A stretch of 63,584 nt of DNA, filler included, from Actinomycetota bacterium (GCA_009886115.1; 3 parts of 3 records of this genome joined end to end with filler, not necessarily neighbours in it), one strand, 5' to 3'; numbered from the whole stretch's first letter, positions 1 to 9,296 are shown. Notes: a model not told the origin generated them from the sequence alone. Numbers and translations are program-made.

Positions 1-145
1 CTTCCCCCTGCGGCCGATACGTGTGCGGCTCGCACTACCCGCCGCCCCGACCCGACCCGTCACCCGGGGCAATAGCACCCACTTTCGGTGCCTTTTATCA
101 GCACCTAGTCTGGGAGATGTCGGTTCGGTCGACAACCGGGGGATC

Positions 146-1843
146 ATGATGCGCAAGCTCGCCGTGCTCGTTGCCGTGATGGCACTCGTCGGCCTGTCGG
201 TCTCGACAGCCTCGGCCGATCCCGGAGGCGACGGGCGGCGCCCCCCGCGTCCGCCGGTCACCATCCAGGTGCTCTCGGTCAGCGACTGGCACGCCCAGCT
301 CGATCCGATCCTGGTCGGAACGGCTCAGGTCGGGGGCGCGGCCGTGTTGTCGAGCTACTTCAAGGCCGACAGGGCCGCCAACCCCAACACCATCACGCTC
401 ACCGCGGGCGATGCGTTCGGAGCATCGCCACCGCTGTCGAACTTCTTCGAGGAGACGCCCGCCGTCCTGGCCATGAACGCGATGGGCTTCTCGGCCGACG
501 GGCTCGGCAATCACAACTGGGATCGAGGCAACGCTCACCTGCAGCAGATGATCGACCTGGCCGAGTTCCCGTACCTGTCGGCGAACCTCCGGCGACTGCG
601 CGAGAACCTCGACGGCGTCGAGCCCTACGAGATCTTCCTGTTCGGCCGGGTGAAGGTCGCCGTCATCGGTCTCACCAACCCCGAGGCCCCGACGCTGGTC
701 ACGCCGGGAAACTTCGGCACCATCACGATCACCGACCCGGTCCGGGCGGCCAGGCGAGCCATTGACGAGGCCGAGGACGACGGCGCCGACGTCATCGTGG
801 TCATCGCCCACATGGGTGTCACGCATTTCGAGGGCGGTGACCCGAACCAGCCGCGAGGCCCGATCGTCGATCTCGCCAACGGTCTGCGCGCCAAGGACGT
901 CGACCTCATCCTCGGCGATCACACCGACGTGGCTTTCAACGGCGTCGTGAACGGCATCCGGGTGGTCGAGAACCTGAGTAAGGGCGCCACGTACTCCAAG
1001 ACCCAGCTCACCCTCGACTCCGAGGGGGAACGCGTGCTCTCGGTCACGAGCCAGACGATCGTCCCGTTCGCCGCCAACGTCGCTCCCGATCAGGCGATCG
1101 TCGACCTGCTCGCCCCGTACCGGGCCCAGCTCGCGCCCATCCTGAACACGGTCATCGGCAACTCGTCCGTGGCGATCCCGAGGACCGATGCCTGCGGCAA
1201 CGGCAATGGCCGAACCTGCGAGTCACTCGTCGGCAACGTCGTCGCCGACGCGCTGCGCTCCGCCTACGCCACCGAGTTCGCCCTCACCAACTCGGGCGGA
1301 TTGCGGGCGAACCTCACATGCCCGACCACCGATCTCGCCACCGACTTCTGCCCGGCGTTCGTTTCTCCGCCCTCCCCGATCACCGCGGGACAGGTGCTCA
1401 CCGTGCTCCCGTTCGGCAACGAGTCGGTGACGGTCACGATCAGCGGCGCCGAGCTCGACGCGTTCCTCGAGAACGGCGTGTCGGCGATGCCCGCTGTCAA
1501 TGGGCGTTTCCCGCAGGTGTCGGGCCTGTGCTTCTCGTACGACATCTCGGCCGCGGCCGGATCTCGGGTCGCGGCGGCCGTTCGCCAGGCCGCTGACGGC
1601 ACGTGCACCGGGGCAGCCATCGACCTCACCACCGCCTCGACCTACACCCTCACCACCAACGACTTCGTCGCCGCGGGAGGCGACGGGTACCCGAATGTGT
1701 TGGCCCGGGTGACCACGCGTGCGGTCATGGACCAGGATCTCAGCTCCTACGTCGCCGCCAACAGCCCCATCAGCCCGTCCATCCAGGGCCGCATCGTGTG
1801 CACCACGAGCGGGGCCACGGCCTGCCCCGTGGTTGTCCCGTGA
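146..1843 (+). CDS. Secreted bifunctional metallophosphatase / 5'-nucleotidase
   Basis: Signal peptide MMRKLAVLVAVMALVGLSVSTASA; calcineurin-like motifs SDWH, AGD, GNHNWD, AHMG and GDHT; C-terminal 5'-nucleotidase motifs NSGGLRA, VLPFGN and GRFPQVSGL. GGGGGA RBS before ATG 146. Confidence 0.9.
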   Translation: MMRKLAVLVAVMALVGLSVSTASADPGGDGRRPPRPPVTIQVLSVSDWHAQLDPILVGTAQVGGAAVLSSYFKADRAANPNTITLTAGDAFGASPPLSNFFEETPAVLAMNAMGFSADGLGNHNWDRGNAHLQQMIDLAEFPYLSANLRRLRENLDGVEPYEIFLFGRVKVAVIGLTNPEAPTLVTPGNFGTITITDPVRAARRAIDEAEDDGADVIVVIAHMGVTHFEGGDPNQPRGPIVDLANGLRAKDVDLILGDHTDVAFNGVVNGIRVVENLSKGATYSKTQLTLDSEGERVLSVTSQTIVPFAANVAPDQAIVDLLAPYRAQLAPILNTVIGNSSVAIPRTDACGNGNGRTCESLVGNVVADALRSAYATEFALTNSGGLRANLTCPTTDLATDFCPAFVSPPSPITAGQVLTVLPFGNESVTVTISGAELDAFLENGVSAMPAVNGRFPQVSGLCFSYDISAAAGSRVAAAVRQAADGTCTGAAIDLTTASTYTLTTNDFVAAGGDGYPNVLARVTTRAVMDQDLSSYVAANSPISPSIQGRIVCTTSGATACPVVVP

Positions 1844-1865
1844 CGATGGCGAAGCGCTGACGGCT

Positions 1866-1923
1866 CCGAGCAGGGAGCGGCTGCGGGCGGGTCCTGGACC
1901 CCAGACAACCCCTTCCTGCTCGG
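1866..1923. repeat. Imperfect ~18-bp inverted repeat between convergent genes (terminator or REP-like)
   Basis: CCGAGCAGGGAGCGGCTG ... CAACCCCTTCCTGCTCGG. Confidence 0.5.
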
Positions 1924-1966
1924 GTCGTCTCGTGGCGTCTCGCGGCGTCGCATCCAGCCGTTTTGA

Positions 1967-2530
1967 TCAGACCGGATGGCCGATCTTCGTGAGGTACTCG
2001 ACGTAGAAGTCGGGGAGCTCAGAGGTCTCGACCGGCTCCCAGGCGTCGGGGAGGATCACCGAGTAAGCATCTTCGCCGTATGCCCGCGCCCGGTCGTCGA
2101 AGGTCCACAACACGGTGTTGCGCATGCGCAGCAGGTAGTGCCCCGACCCATCGGGCACCGTATAACCCCGGACCGTGGCGATCTTCCCGGAGGCGAGCGT
2201 CGTGAGCGTGCCCTCGTGGCACACGCTCATGTCGTCGACGATGATGCGCTCCTTGGGCGAGGAGATCACGGCGCCACCGCTGGCCACGAAGGCGGTGTAG
2301 TAGTCGCGGACGGCCTGCTGGCCCTTGGGCCCGCGGTCGGCGCCGAACGACCAGAAGTGATACTGCGGATCCTCGACCAGCGTGGCCATCAAGCCCTCGA
2401 GGTCGTACGCACACTCGGCCTTCGAGTGGGCGATGACGGTCTCGATGAGGCTCCGCTGACGCGGGCTCACGGTGGCCGCGAGTCGATCTTCGAGCGCCTT
2501 CCATCCCAACGACCTGTCGAACTCGATCAT
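1967..2530 (-). CDS. SnoaL/NTF2-like family protein
   Basis: MIEFDRSLGW...HSKAECAYDLEGLMATLVEDPQYHFW...GQQAVRDYY; ATGA overlap with the upstream amidohydrolase stop. Confidence 0.75.
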   Translation of the reverse strand: MIEFDRSLGWKALEDRLAATVSPRQRSLIETVIAHSKAECAYDLEGLMATLVEDPQYHFWSFGADRGPKGQQAVRDYYTAFVASGGAVISSPKERIIVDDMSVCHEGTLTTLASGKIATVRGYTVPDGSGHYLLRMRNTVLWTFDDRARAYGEDAYSVILPDAWEPVETSELPDFYVEYLTKIGHPV

Positions 2531-3702
2531 GGCCGGGCCTGCCCGGCCGCGGCCGGCAGCGGGTCGCCCATCCGGGCGTAGCACTCGTGCATGTTCGCGC
2601 CCATGAACGAGTCGCGTAGCTCGGCGTCGAGACCGTCGAGGCCCGGCCGGTACAGCTCGATCGGGTCGGCGTTGCCTTCCAGGTGCGGGAAGTCCGACGA
2701 CCACACGCACATCTCGGGCAGCATCTGCAGCACGTCGAGCGCGTCGTCGTCGCCGAAGCCGGGCAGGGGCGTGACCCGCACGTTGCGTCGAAGCATCTCG
2801 GCCCCGGTGGTCTCGTAGGGCCACGCGCCGAGGACGGGCGACGACTCCGCCTGGCGCCCGAGCATGGCGATGAACGGCGGCACCCATCCGACGCGCATCT
2901 CCTCGAGGAGCACCGTCAGCTCGGGATGGCGGGCGAAGACCCCGCCGAAGAGCAGGCCCGACAACAGATCCTGGGCAGCGTGGACGCGCTTGGTGTTGGC
3001 CAAGCGGATCATCCCAGCCACGCCGGAGCTAGCCGGGTGGTTCCAGCCGATGTCGGCCCACCCTGAGAAGTCGGCCGAGGTGTTGCCCACGTGGATGACC
3101 GCGACCATGCCGAGCGCGGTTGCGGCCGACCAGACCCGGTCCCAGTCGGGATGGCCGGGCGAACGGTTGCCCGGCGGTTTCCCGTCGACCGTGTAGAGGA
3201 AGAACGAACGCGCACCGAGGGCCCGGGCCCGCTCGAGCTCGGCGACGGCAACGTCGAGGTCGCCGAAGTCGACGACGGCTGCGAAGTGGAGACGGTCGGC
3301 ATGGTCGGAGAGTTGCTCGGCGAGATGGTCGTTGCATCGCCTGACCCCGGCCGGCCGGTCGTCGCCGATGAACTCGAGGAGCTGCCAGTAGCCGCCGGGG
3401 TTCACGAGCCCGTGATCGATGCCGATGCGGTCCATCCAGGCGACGCGCTCGGCCGAGGTCGAGTCGTGCAGGGGGTGGATGCCGACCGGCGCACCCCGGG
3501 TCTTGGCCATGTCGAGGAGACCGACGAGGAGCTCGCTGGGAGAGGGGCGCCGCTCTACGGCAAGCGCGTTGAGCAGATCGCCAGCTATGGCGTGCGCGAG
3601 CCGCTGCAGACCGCTCGGTACCCGATCGAGCCACGGCTCGAGCGGATGAGAGCCCGGCGCGAACTCGGTCGATTCCCAATGCGTGTCGACATCGATGATC
3701 AT
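2527..3702 (-). CDS. Amidohydrolase family protein (amidohydro_2)
   Basis: N-terminal MIIDVDTHWE; VIHVG; C-terminal WSSDFPHLEG; GAGGAAGAG RBS. Confidence 0.85.
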   Translation of the reverse strand: MIIDVDTHWESTEFAPGSHPLEPWLDRVPSGLQRLAHAIAGDLLNALAVERRPSPSELLVGLLDMAKTRGAPVGIHPLHDSTSAERVAWMDRIGIDHGLVNPGGYWQLLEFIGDDRPAGVRRCNDHLAEQLSDHADRLHFAAVVDFGDLDVAVAELERARALGARSFFLYTVDGKPPGNRSPGHPDWDRVWSAATALGMVAVIHVGNTSADFSGWADIGWNHPASSGVAGMIRLANTKRVHAAQDLLSGLLFGGVFARHPELTVLLEEMRVGWVPPFIAMLGRQAESSPVLGAWPYETTGAEMLRRNVRVTPLPGFGDDDALDVLQMLPEMCVWSSDFPHLEGNADPIELYRPGLDGLDAELRDSFMGANMHECYARMGDPLPAAAGQARP

Positions 3703-3756
3703 CGGCTCTTCCTCCGCCTGGTCCCGAGCAATCGGGCAACGCCATCTCGGACCGGT

Positions 3757-3804
3757 GCACTCCGGCACTCTGGCACTCCGGCACTCCGGCACTCGGGCAC
3801 GGGA
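3757..3804. repeat. 8-bp tandem repeat (GCACTCCG) x5-6, intergenic
   Basis: GCACTCCG GCACTCTG GCACTCCG GCACTCCG GCACTCGG GCACGGGA. Confidence 0.85.
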
Positions 3805-3854
3805 CGGATCCCTGGACGGTAACCCGCTGCCGCCTGTACCGCACGAGCAAACGC

Positions 3855-3884
3855 TTGACTGAGTCAATACTTGCGGGGTAGATT
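3855..3884 (+). promoter_or_regulatory. SigA-type promoter (-35 TTGACT, -10 TAGATT) with perfect palindrome TTGACT-G-AGTCAA over the -35; probable leaderless start at 3891
   Basis: TTGACT 3855-3860, 18-nt spacer, TAGATT 3879-3884, ATG 6 nt later; palindrome 3855-3867. Confidence 0.7.
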
Positions 3885-3890
3885 GGCGTC

Positions 3891-5093
3891 ATGGTCACAA
3901 CTGCCCCCAAGTACACGATCATCTCGTCCGACTGTCACGCGGGCGGCAACCACGCCCAGTACCGCGAGTACCTCTCCGACAAGCACAAGGAAGACTTCGA
4001 CGCCTGGCGGGGCAAGTACAAGAACCCCTTCCGCGACCTGCAGGACGACGGCCGCAGCCGCAACTGGGACAACGACCGCCGCAACGGCGACCTCGACCGC
4101 GAAGGCATCGCTGCCGAGGTCGTGTTCCCCAACACGGTGCCCCCGTTCTTCCCGACCGGCGTCGTCGTGGCCCCGGCACCCCGTCCCGAAGACCTCGAGA
4201 TCAGGCTGGTGGGCATCCGAGCCCACAATCGCTGGCTGGCCGACTTCGTGGCCGCCTTCCCCGAACGGCGCTTCGGGTTGGGGCAGATCTTCCTCAACGA
4301 TGTCGACGAGGCCATCGCCGACGTGCGCTGGTGCAAGGCCCACGGCATCAACGGTGTGCTGTTGCCCGGGGTCTCGCCCGACACGCCGTGGATCGACCCC
4401 CTCTTCTCGGCGAAGTACGACCCGCTCTGGGCGGTGTGCCAGGAGCTCGACATGCCCGTCACGCACCACTCGGGCGGCAGCGGCCTCCCCGACTATCCCA
4501 ACACGCCCATCCGCAACCTCCTGTTCGTGATGGAGACGAGCTTCTTCTGCAACCGGGCGCTGTGGCACCTGCTGTGGTCGGGCGTGTTCGAGCGCTTCCC
4601 CGCGTTGAAGCTCATCCTCACCGAGCAGGGTGCGAGCTGGGTGCCGGGTGTGCTCAAGAACATGGACGGGCTCTACGCGCAGATGGTCGCCGGGCGTATC
4701 GGCGAGCTGGGCGTGCCCGCCGAAGCCGTGATGCCCCGCTCGCCCAGCGAATACTTCCGCACCAACGTGTGGATCGGCGCCAGCTTCCCGAGCCCCGCCG
4801 AGGCGGCGAGCTTCCGGGATATCGGGCTCGACAAGATCATGTGGGGAAGCGACTACCCGCACCACGAGTCGGTGTCGCCGTTCACCACCGAGTCGTTGCG
4901 GCGCAGCTTCGCCGATTGGCCCGAGGCCGATCTGCGCCGGATCTTCTCCGAGAATGCCGCTGCGGTGTACGGCTTCGACCTTGTTGCCCTGGGAGCGCTG
5001 GCCGAGAGGATCGGCCCCACCGTCGACGAGATCGCCACCCCGCTCGAGGCCATCCCCACCGGCGCGACCAGTCCCGCATTCTTCCGCGACTGA
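3891..5093 (+). CDS. Amidohydrolase family protein (amidohydro_2)
   Basis: IISSDCHAG, EVVFPN, VTHHSG and IMWGSDYPHHES motifs. Confidence 0.9.
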   Translation: MVTTAPKYTIISSDCHAGGNHAQYREYLSDKHKEDFDAWRGKYKNPFRDLQDDGRSRNWDNDRRNGDLDREGIAAEVVFPNTVPPFFPTGVVVAPAPRPEDLEIRLVGIRAHNRWLADFVAAFPERRFGLGQIFLNDVDEAIADVRWCKAHGINGVLLPGVSPDTPWIDPLFSAKYDPLWAVCQELDMPVTHHSGGSGLPDYPNTPIRNLLFVMETSFFCNRALWHLLWSGVFERFPALKLILTEQGASWVPGVLKNMDGLYAQMVAGRIGELGVPAEAVMPRSPSEYFRTNVWIGASFPSPAEAASFRDIGLDKIMWGSDYPHHESVSPFTTESLRRSFADWPEADLRRIFSENAAAVYGFDLVALGALAERIGPTVDEIATPLEAIPTGATSPAFFRD

Positions 5094-5110
5094 GAGCTGA
5101 GCTACCAGCC

Positions 5111-6310
5111 ATGAAGCGGATCGAGTATGCGGGCAGCGTCCACGACGAGGAGGAGATCGCCGCCGTCGTGGCCGTGCTTCGGGGCGGGCCCACCGCATTG
5201 CGGATCGGCCGGAACGTCAGGGAGATGGAGCGCCTCGTCGCCGCCAGCTTTGGCAAGCGGCGCGGGGTGATGGTCAACTCGGGCTCGTCGGCGCTCTATC
5301 TGGCCGTCGAGCTGCTGGGGCTCTCGCCGGGCGACGAGATCGTCACGTCGGCCGTCACGTTCTCGACCGACATCGCGCCGATGGTCCGGGCCGGGCTGGT
5401 GCCGGTGTACGTCGACGTCGAGCCCGACACGTACCAGATCGACGTCGACCAGATCGAGAGCGCCATCGGCCCGCGCACCAAGGCCATCCTGGCCCCGAAC
5501 CTCATCGGGAACTGCCCCGACTGGGATCGCATCCGGGCCATCGCCGACGCCCACGGGCTCCAGGTCGTCGAGGACTCGTGCGACTGCCTGGGCGCCACCT
5601 TGCGGGGCACGCCCACCGGTACCCGGGCCGACATCTCGCTCACCAGCTTCGCCCTGTCGCACATCATCACCGCAGCCGGCACCGGCGGGATGATCTGCGT
5701 CGACGACGACGAGCTGCTCGACCGGGCGTTGCTGCTGCGACGCTGGGGCCGACGGAGCGAGCCCAAGCTGTTCGGCTCGAAGAAGGGCGACAAGCGCTTC
5801 TTCTCGGAGATCGACGGCATCGAGTACGACGACCTGTTCATCTTCGACGAGGTGGGTTGGAACTTCGAGCCGTCGGAGATCTCGGCCGCGTTCGGTGTGG
5901 TGCAGATGCGCAAGCTGCCGATCAACCTGGCCCGGCGTCAGCGCAACTTCGCCTTGCTGAGCGCGTTCTTCTCGAGGTACCCCGAGACGTTCGTGCTGCC
6001 CCGCCTGACGGAAGGCATCGAGACCGGCTGGCACATGTTCCCGATCCTGATCCGCCCCGAGTCGGGCGTACGCCGGTCGGCCTTCCAGGAGCACATGGAG
6101 GCCCAGGGCATCGACACCCGCATGGTGTGGACGGGCAACGTGACGCGCCAGCCGGCGTTCGCTTCCGTGGCGCACCGGGTCGCCCCGGGCGGATTGCCCA
6201 ACGCCGACACGGTGATGGAGACCGGGCTCATCCTCCCCTGCAACCACGCCATCGACGACGACGGCATCGAGTACCTCACCCACCACGCCCAGGCCTTTCT
6301 CGACGCGTAG
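5111..6310 (+). CDS. DegT/DnrJ/EryC1/StrS-family PLP/PMP enzyme of the NDP-4-keto-6-deoxyhexose 3-dehydratase (RfbH/ColD-like) type
   Basis: VNSGSSALYLA, VVEDSCDCLG, SFALSHIIT (His at the Schiff-base Lys position), GWNFEP, GIDTRMVWTGN. Confidence 0.85.
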   Translation: MKRIEYAGSVHDEEEIAAVVAVLRGGPTALRIGRNVREMERLVAASFGKRRGVMVNSGSSALYLAVELLGLSPGDEIVTSAVTFSTDIAPMVRAGLVPVYVDVEPDTYQIDVDQIESAIGPRTKAILAPNLIGNCPDWDRIRAIADAHGLQVVEDSCDCLGATLRGTPTGTRADISLTSFALSHIITAAGTGGMICVDDDELLDRALLLRRWGRRSEPKLFGSKKGDKRFFSEIDGIEYDDLFIFDEVGWNFEPSEISAAFGVVQMRKLPINLARRQRNFALLSAFFSRYPETFVLPRLTEGIETGWHMFPILIRPESGVRRSAFQEHMEAQGIDTRMVWTGNVTRQPAFASVAHRVAPGGLPNADTVMETGLILPCNHAIDDDGIEYLTHHAQAFLDA

Positions 6311-6368
6311 CTCCCGCCCGAGGCTCGCTGGCCGCGGCCCGGGGTTGGGGCCGACCGGAGCCGCCGGG

Positions 6369-6770
6369 TCATGGAGCACCTGCGTCTGCCTTCCACGGCA
6401 CCCACCAACCGTCCTCGATGACGTGCATCACCGCGGTCATCAGATCGGGCAGCACCACGTAGCGGACATGGCAGTCGTCGCCGATGCGGCCGACACGGTC
6501 GATGCCGTAGACACGCGCGATGCGGTCGATACGCTCGCCCGTCCAGCGATATGCGTGGCCGCCCGCGTCGAGGTTGAGGTACATGCGGGTGTGGATGTGC
6601 TTGTACAGGTGGAGCACGGGCCCGCCATCGCACGGCGTCAGGCGGGCCATGTACATGAAGTCGTCGGCATCCAGGAGCGACAGCTCAGCCCGGCTGGAGC
6701 AGAGCCGGGCGATACGTTCGAGCGGCTCCCAGTCGGGAAACGTTGCATGGTCAAAGTCATACATGGGCAC
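6369..6770 (-). CDS. Hypothetical protein
   Basis: 133 aa with GGAGGGG RBS before GTG; globular-looking sequence (PDWEPLER...DFMYMARL...LHLYKHIHTRMYLNLD). Confidence 0.7.
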   Translation of the reverse strand: MPMYDFDHATFPDWEPLERIARLCSSRAELSLLDADDFMYMARLTPCDGGPVLHLYKHIHTRMYLNLDAGGHAYRWTGERIDRIARVYGIDRVGRIGDDCHVRYVVLPDLMTAVMHVIEDGWWVPWKADAGAP

Positions 6771-6849
6771 GGCCCCTCCAGGGGTGCAGAGTCGCCAGCG
6801 ACTGCTTGGAGGGGGAAGTTGGGTGGGGGAAGCTCTCGGTCGACCGAGG

Positions 6850-7183
6850 CCATACGGCTCGACTCGAACCAGAAGTTGGGCGACACGGCGGGGACCGCAG
6901 AGGCATCGGCGCCCGCAGAACCACCGGCGCCCGCAGAAGGACTGTCACCTCCGCCAGCCCCCGCAGCACCGGACCCAACCGCTCCCGCCAGCTCCCGCAG
7001 GCGTTGCACCGCCCGGGTCCGCAGCCCGTCGAGCTGCGCCTGACACAACCGCACCTCCCACAACTGGCGCTCGACCCCACGCTCGTCGAGCACCGACACA
7101 TCGATCTCCGACGCCGCCCGCCCCGGCAGCACGGTCCCGGCAGACCGCTCATCGACATCGGGGAGATCGAGCAGCTACAGCAC
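6850..7183 (-). pseudogene. Remnant resembling the N-terminus of a DUF222/HNH-type (13E12 repeat family-like) gene
   Basis: Leaderless GTG at 7183 followed by CTG TAG (stop at codon 3). The frame continues LLDLPDVDE...VSVLDERGVERQLWEVRLCQAQLDGLRTRAVQRL and then degenerates. Downstream end approximate. Confidence 0.45.
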
Positions 7184-7189
7184 ACTACC

Positions 7190-7211
7190 AGTGTATCGAA
7201 CACCAGTTCGT
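7190..7211 (-). promoter_or_regulatory. LexA (SOS) box TCGAAC-ACCA-GTTCGT adjacent to -10 TACACT
   Basis: 7196-7211 matches the actinobacterial consensus TCGAAC-N4-GTTCGA with 1 mismatch; -10 at 7190-7195 on the minus strand. Confidence 0.7.
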
Positions 7212-7499
7212 ATTGTAACTGTCGGATAACGAGCCGCAACAGATTTGCCAGGAATGCGCATGATGTCGCGATTGCCCGAAGCCCACGGCCACACCGCGCA
7301 CCCTCTCGATCACTCACGATGACGGCGTCGTTGATGCCAACGCCTCGTCCGACTCGGCGCTGCCCGACCCGAATGTCCAGCGGCCCCGCCGCGGAGTTTG
7401 GCAGCCGCGTCGATCGCGGAGAGACTGCACGCCGACGATCCGGGTACCCGCAGGCCCTCAGCGCAGCCGGGGCCCCCACCCGACGCAAAGGACATCGAC

Positions 7500-8321
7500 A
7501 TGAGCAACCCGTTCAGCTATGCCGGCAAGCGAGTCGTCGTCACGGGAGCGGCCACCGGTGTGGGCGCCGGGCTCCTCGACGTGCTCGCCGAGATCGACGC
7601 GGCGCATGTGACCGTGCTCGACGTGAAGGCCCCCACCGGTCCCCACGACACGTTCCTCCAGACGAACCTGGGCGACGAGGCTGCCGTCGACGCGGCCATC
7701 GCGTCGATCGCAGCCGCCGGCCCCGTGCACGCCCTGTTCAACAACGCCGGCGTGGCCGACACCCAGGCCCCGGCGACGGTGATCGCTGTCAACTATCTGG
7801 CGTTGCGGCGGTTGTCGGAAGGCCTCCTCGACCACATGCCCCAAGGTGGCGCCATCGTCAACACCGCCAGCACGGCGGGCGGCCAGTGGGCGGCGCGCCT
7901 CGCGCAGATCACCGAACTGCTCGACATCGACGACTGGGCCAAGGCGCTGGCCTGGGTCGACGCCAGCATCGCCGACATCGGCACCATGCCCTACTTCTTC
8001 TCCAAGGAGCTCGTGCAGGTGTACACGATGCGCTCGTCACGGCCGACCATTCGTCGGGGCGTACGTACCAACAGCGTGTGCCCGTCGCCGATCGACACGC
8101 CGCTGCTCGTCGACTTCCGCCAGACCATGAGCGACAAGATGATCGACTGGAACGTCTCGGAGACCAACGGCCGCTTGGTGACCGCACGCGAGGTGGCCAC
8201 CGTTCTGGCCTTCCTCGGCAGCGACGCCGCCGCCTACGTGAACGGCGTGAACCTGCTCTGCGACGCCGGCTTCACCGCAGCCATGACCACCGGCCAGGTC
8301 GACTTCTCCGGCCTCGCCTGA
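7500..8321 (+). CDS. SDR oxidoreductase (coniferyl-alcohol dehydrogenase-like)
   Basis: VTGAATGVG, NNAG, YFFSK (YxxxK), VNGVNLLCDAG; AAAGGAC RBS. Confidence 0.9.
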   Translation: MSNPFSYAGKRVVVTGAATGVGAGLLDVLAEIDAAHVTVLDVKAPTGPHDTFLQTNLGDEAAVDAAIASIAAAGPVHALFNNAGVADTQAPATVIAVNYLALRRLSEGLLDHMPQGGAIVNTASTAGGQWAARLAQITELLDIDDWAKALAWVDASIADIGTMPYFFSKELVQVYTMRSSRPTIRRGVRTNSVCPSPIDTPLLVDFRQTMSDKMIDWNVSETNGRLVTAREVATVLAFLGSDAAAYVNGVNLLCDAGFTAAMTTGQVDFSGLA

Positions 8322-8353
8322 CAAAGACGGGGAGCGCCGCCCGCCTCTCCCCG

Positions 8354-8400
8354 AAATTTGTGCAAGAAACGTCGCGGAGCGACGCTTTCTGCACAAATTT
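8354..8400. repeat. AT-tipped REP-like palindrome (family A, copy 1)
   Basis: AAATTTGTGCAAGAAACGTCGC-GGA-GCGACGCTTTCTGCACAAATTT. Confidence 0.75.
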
Positions 8401-8435
8401 GGGAGTGATTCGGACAACGAGACAGGGGGCTGAGG

Positions 8436-9293
8436 ATGGGACTCGGACGCGACGATCTGGTGCTGTGCACGGCGTGCGTGCAGCCGGCGCCCGTCCTCGA
8501 TCGACTGCCACTCGCACGAGAGCACGGGTTCAGCGCGATCTCGCTCCAGCCGCCCGAGATCCACAGCGTGCTCGACGCTGGGATCAGCGCCGCGGAGTTC
8601 CGGAGCCGGCTGGCCGATCACGGCCTCGGCGTCTCGGAGGTCGACGCCGTCACCACGTGGTTCCCGGGCCAGGTGCCACCAGCCGAATGGGGCCCCGAGG
8701 TCGGAGCGTTCCTCCTGTCGAACACCGCCGATGCCTTGTGTCCCTTGGCCGAGTCGATCGGCGCCCGTTCGCTGACGGTCGTCGAGTTCTACGGGGTCGA
8801 GGTCGACGTCGACACCGCGACCGCCGGGTTCGCCGCGGTGTGCGACAAGGCGGCCGAGCACGGGCTGCTGGCGCACCTCGAGTTCCTCCCGTGGGCTGGC
8901 ATCGCCGACCTGGCGACGGCGTGGCAGATCGTGCGCAACGCCGGCCGGGCCAACGGCGGGCTGCTGGTCGACTCCTGGCACTTCTTCCGCAGCGGATCGA
9001 CCTTCGCCGAACTGCGCGAGATCCCCGGCGATCGCATCCTGTACATCCAGATCGACGATGCCCCGCTCGACCCCGAGCCCGACCTGTCGGACGAGACCCA
9101 GCACCGGCGGCTCCTGCCCGGAGAAGGCGATCTCGACCTGGTCGGGCTCATCCGCACGCTCGACGAGATCGGCTGCCAAGCACCCATCGGGTGCGAGATG
9201 TTCTCCGACGCCCTGGCGACGAAGCCGCTCGCCGAGCGCGTCCAACGCTGCGCCGAGACCACCCGCTCCGTCGTCAGCGCCGCCCGGGCCTGA
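8436..9293 (+). CDS. Sugar phosphate isomerase/epimerase (xylose isomerase-like TIM barrel)
   Basis: LEFLPW, LLVDSWH, IQIDD, RLLPGEGDLDL and CEMFS motifs. Confidence 0.88.
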   Translation: MGLGRDDLVLCTACVQPAPVLDRLPLAREHGFSAISLQPPEIHSVLDAGISAAEFRSRLADHGLGVSEVDAVTTWFPGQVPPAEWGPEVGAFLLSNTADALCPLAESIGARSLTVVEFYGVEVDVDTATAGFAAVCDKAAEHGLLAHLEFLPWAGIADLATAWQIVRNAGRANGGLLVDSWHFFRSGSTFAELREIPGDRILYIQIDDAPLDPEPDLSDETQHRRLLPGEGDLDLVGLIRTLDEIGCQAPIGCEMFSDALATKPLAERVQRCAETTRSVVSAARA

Positions 9294-9296
9294 CCC

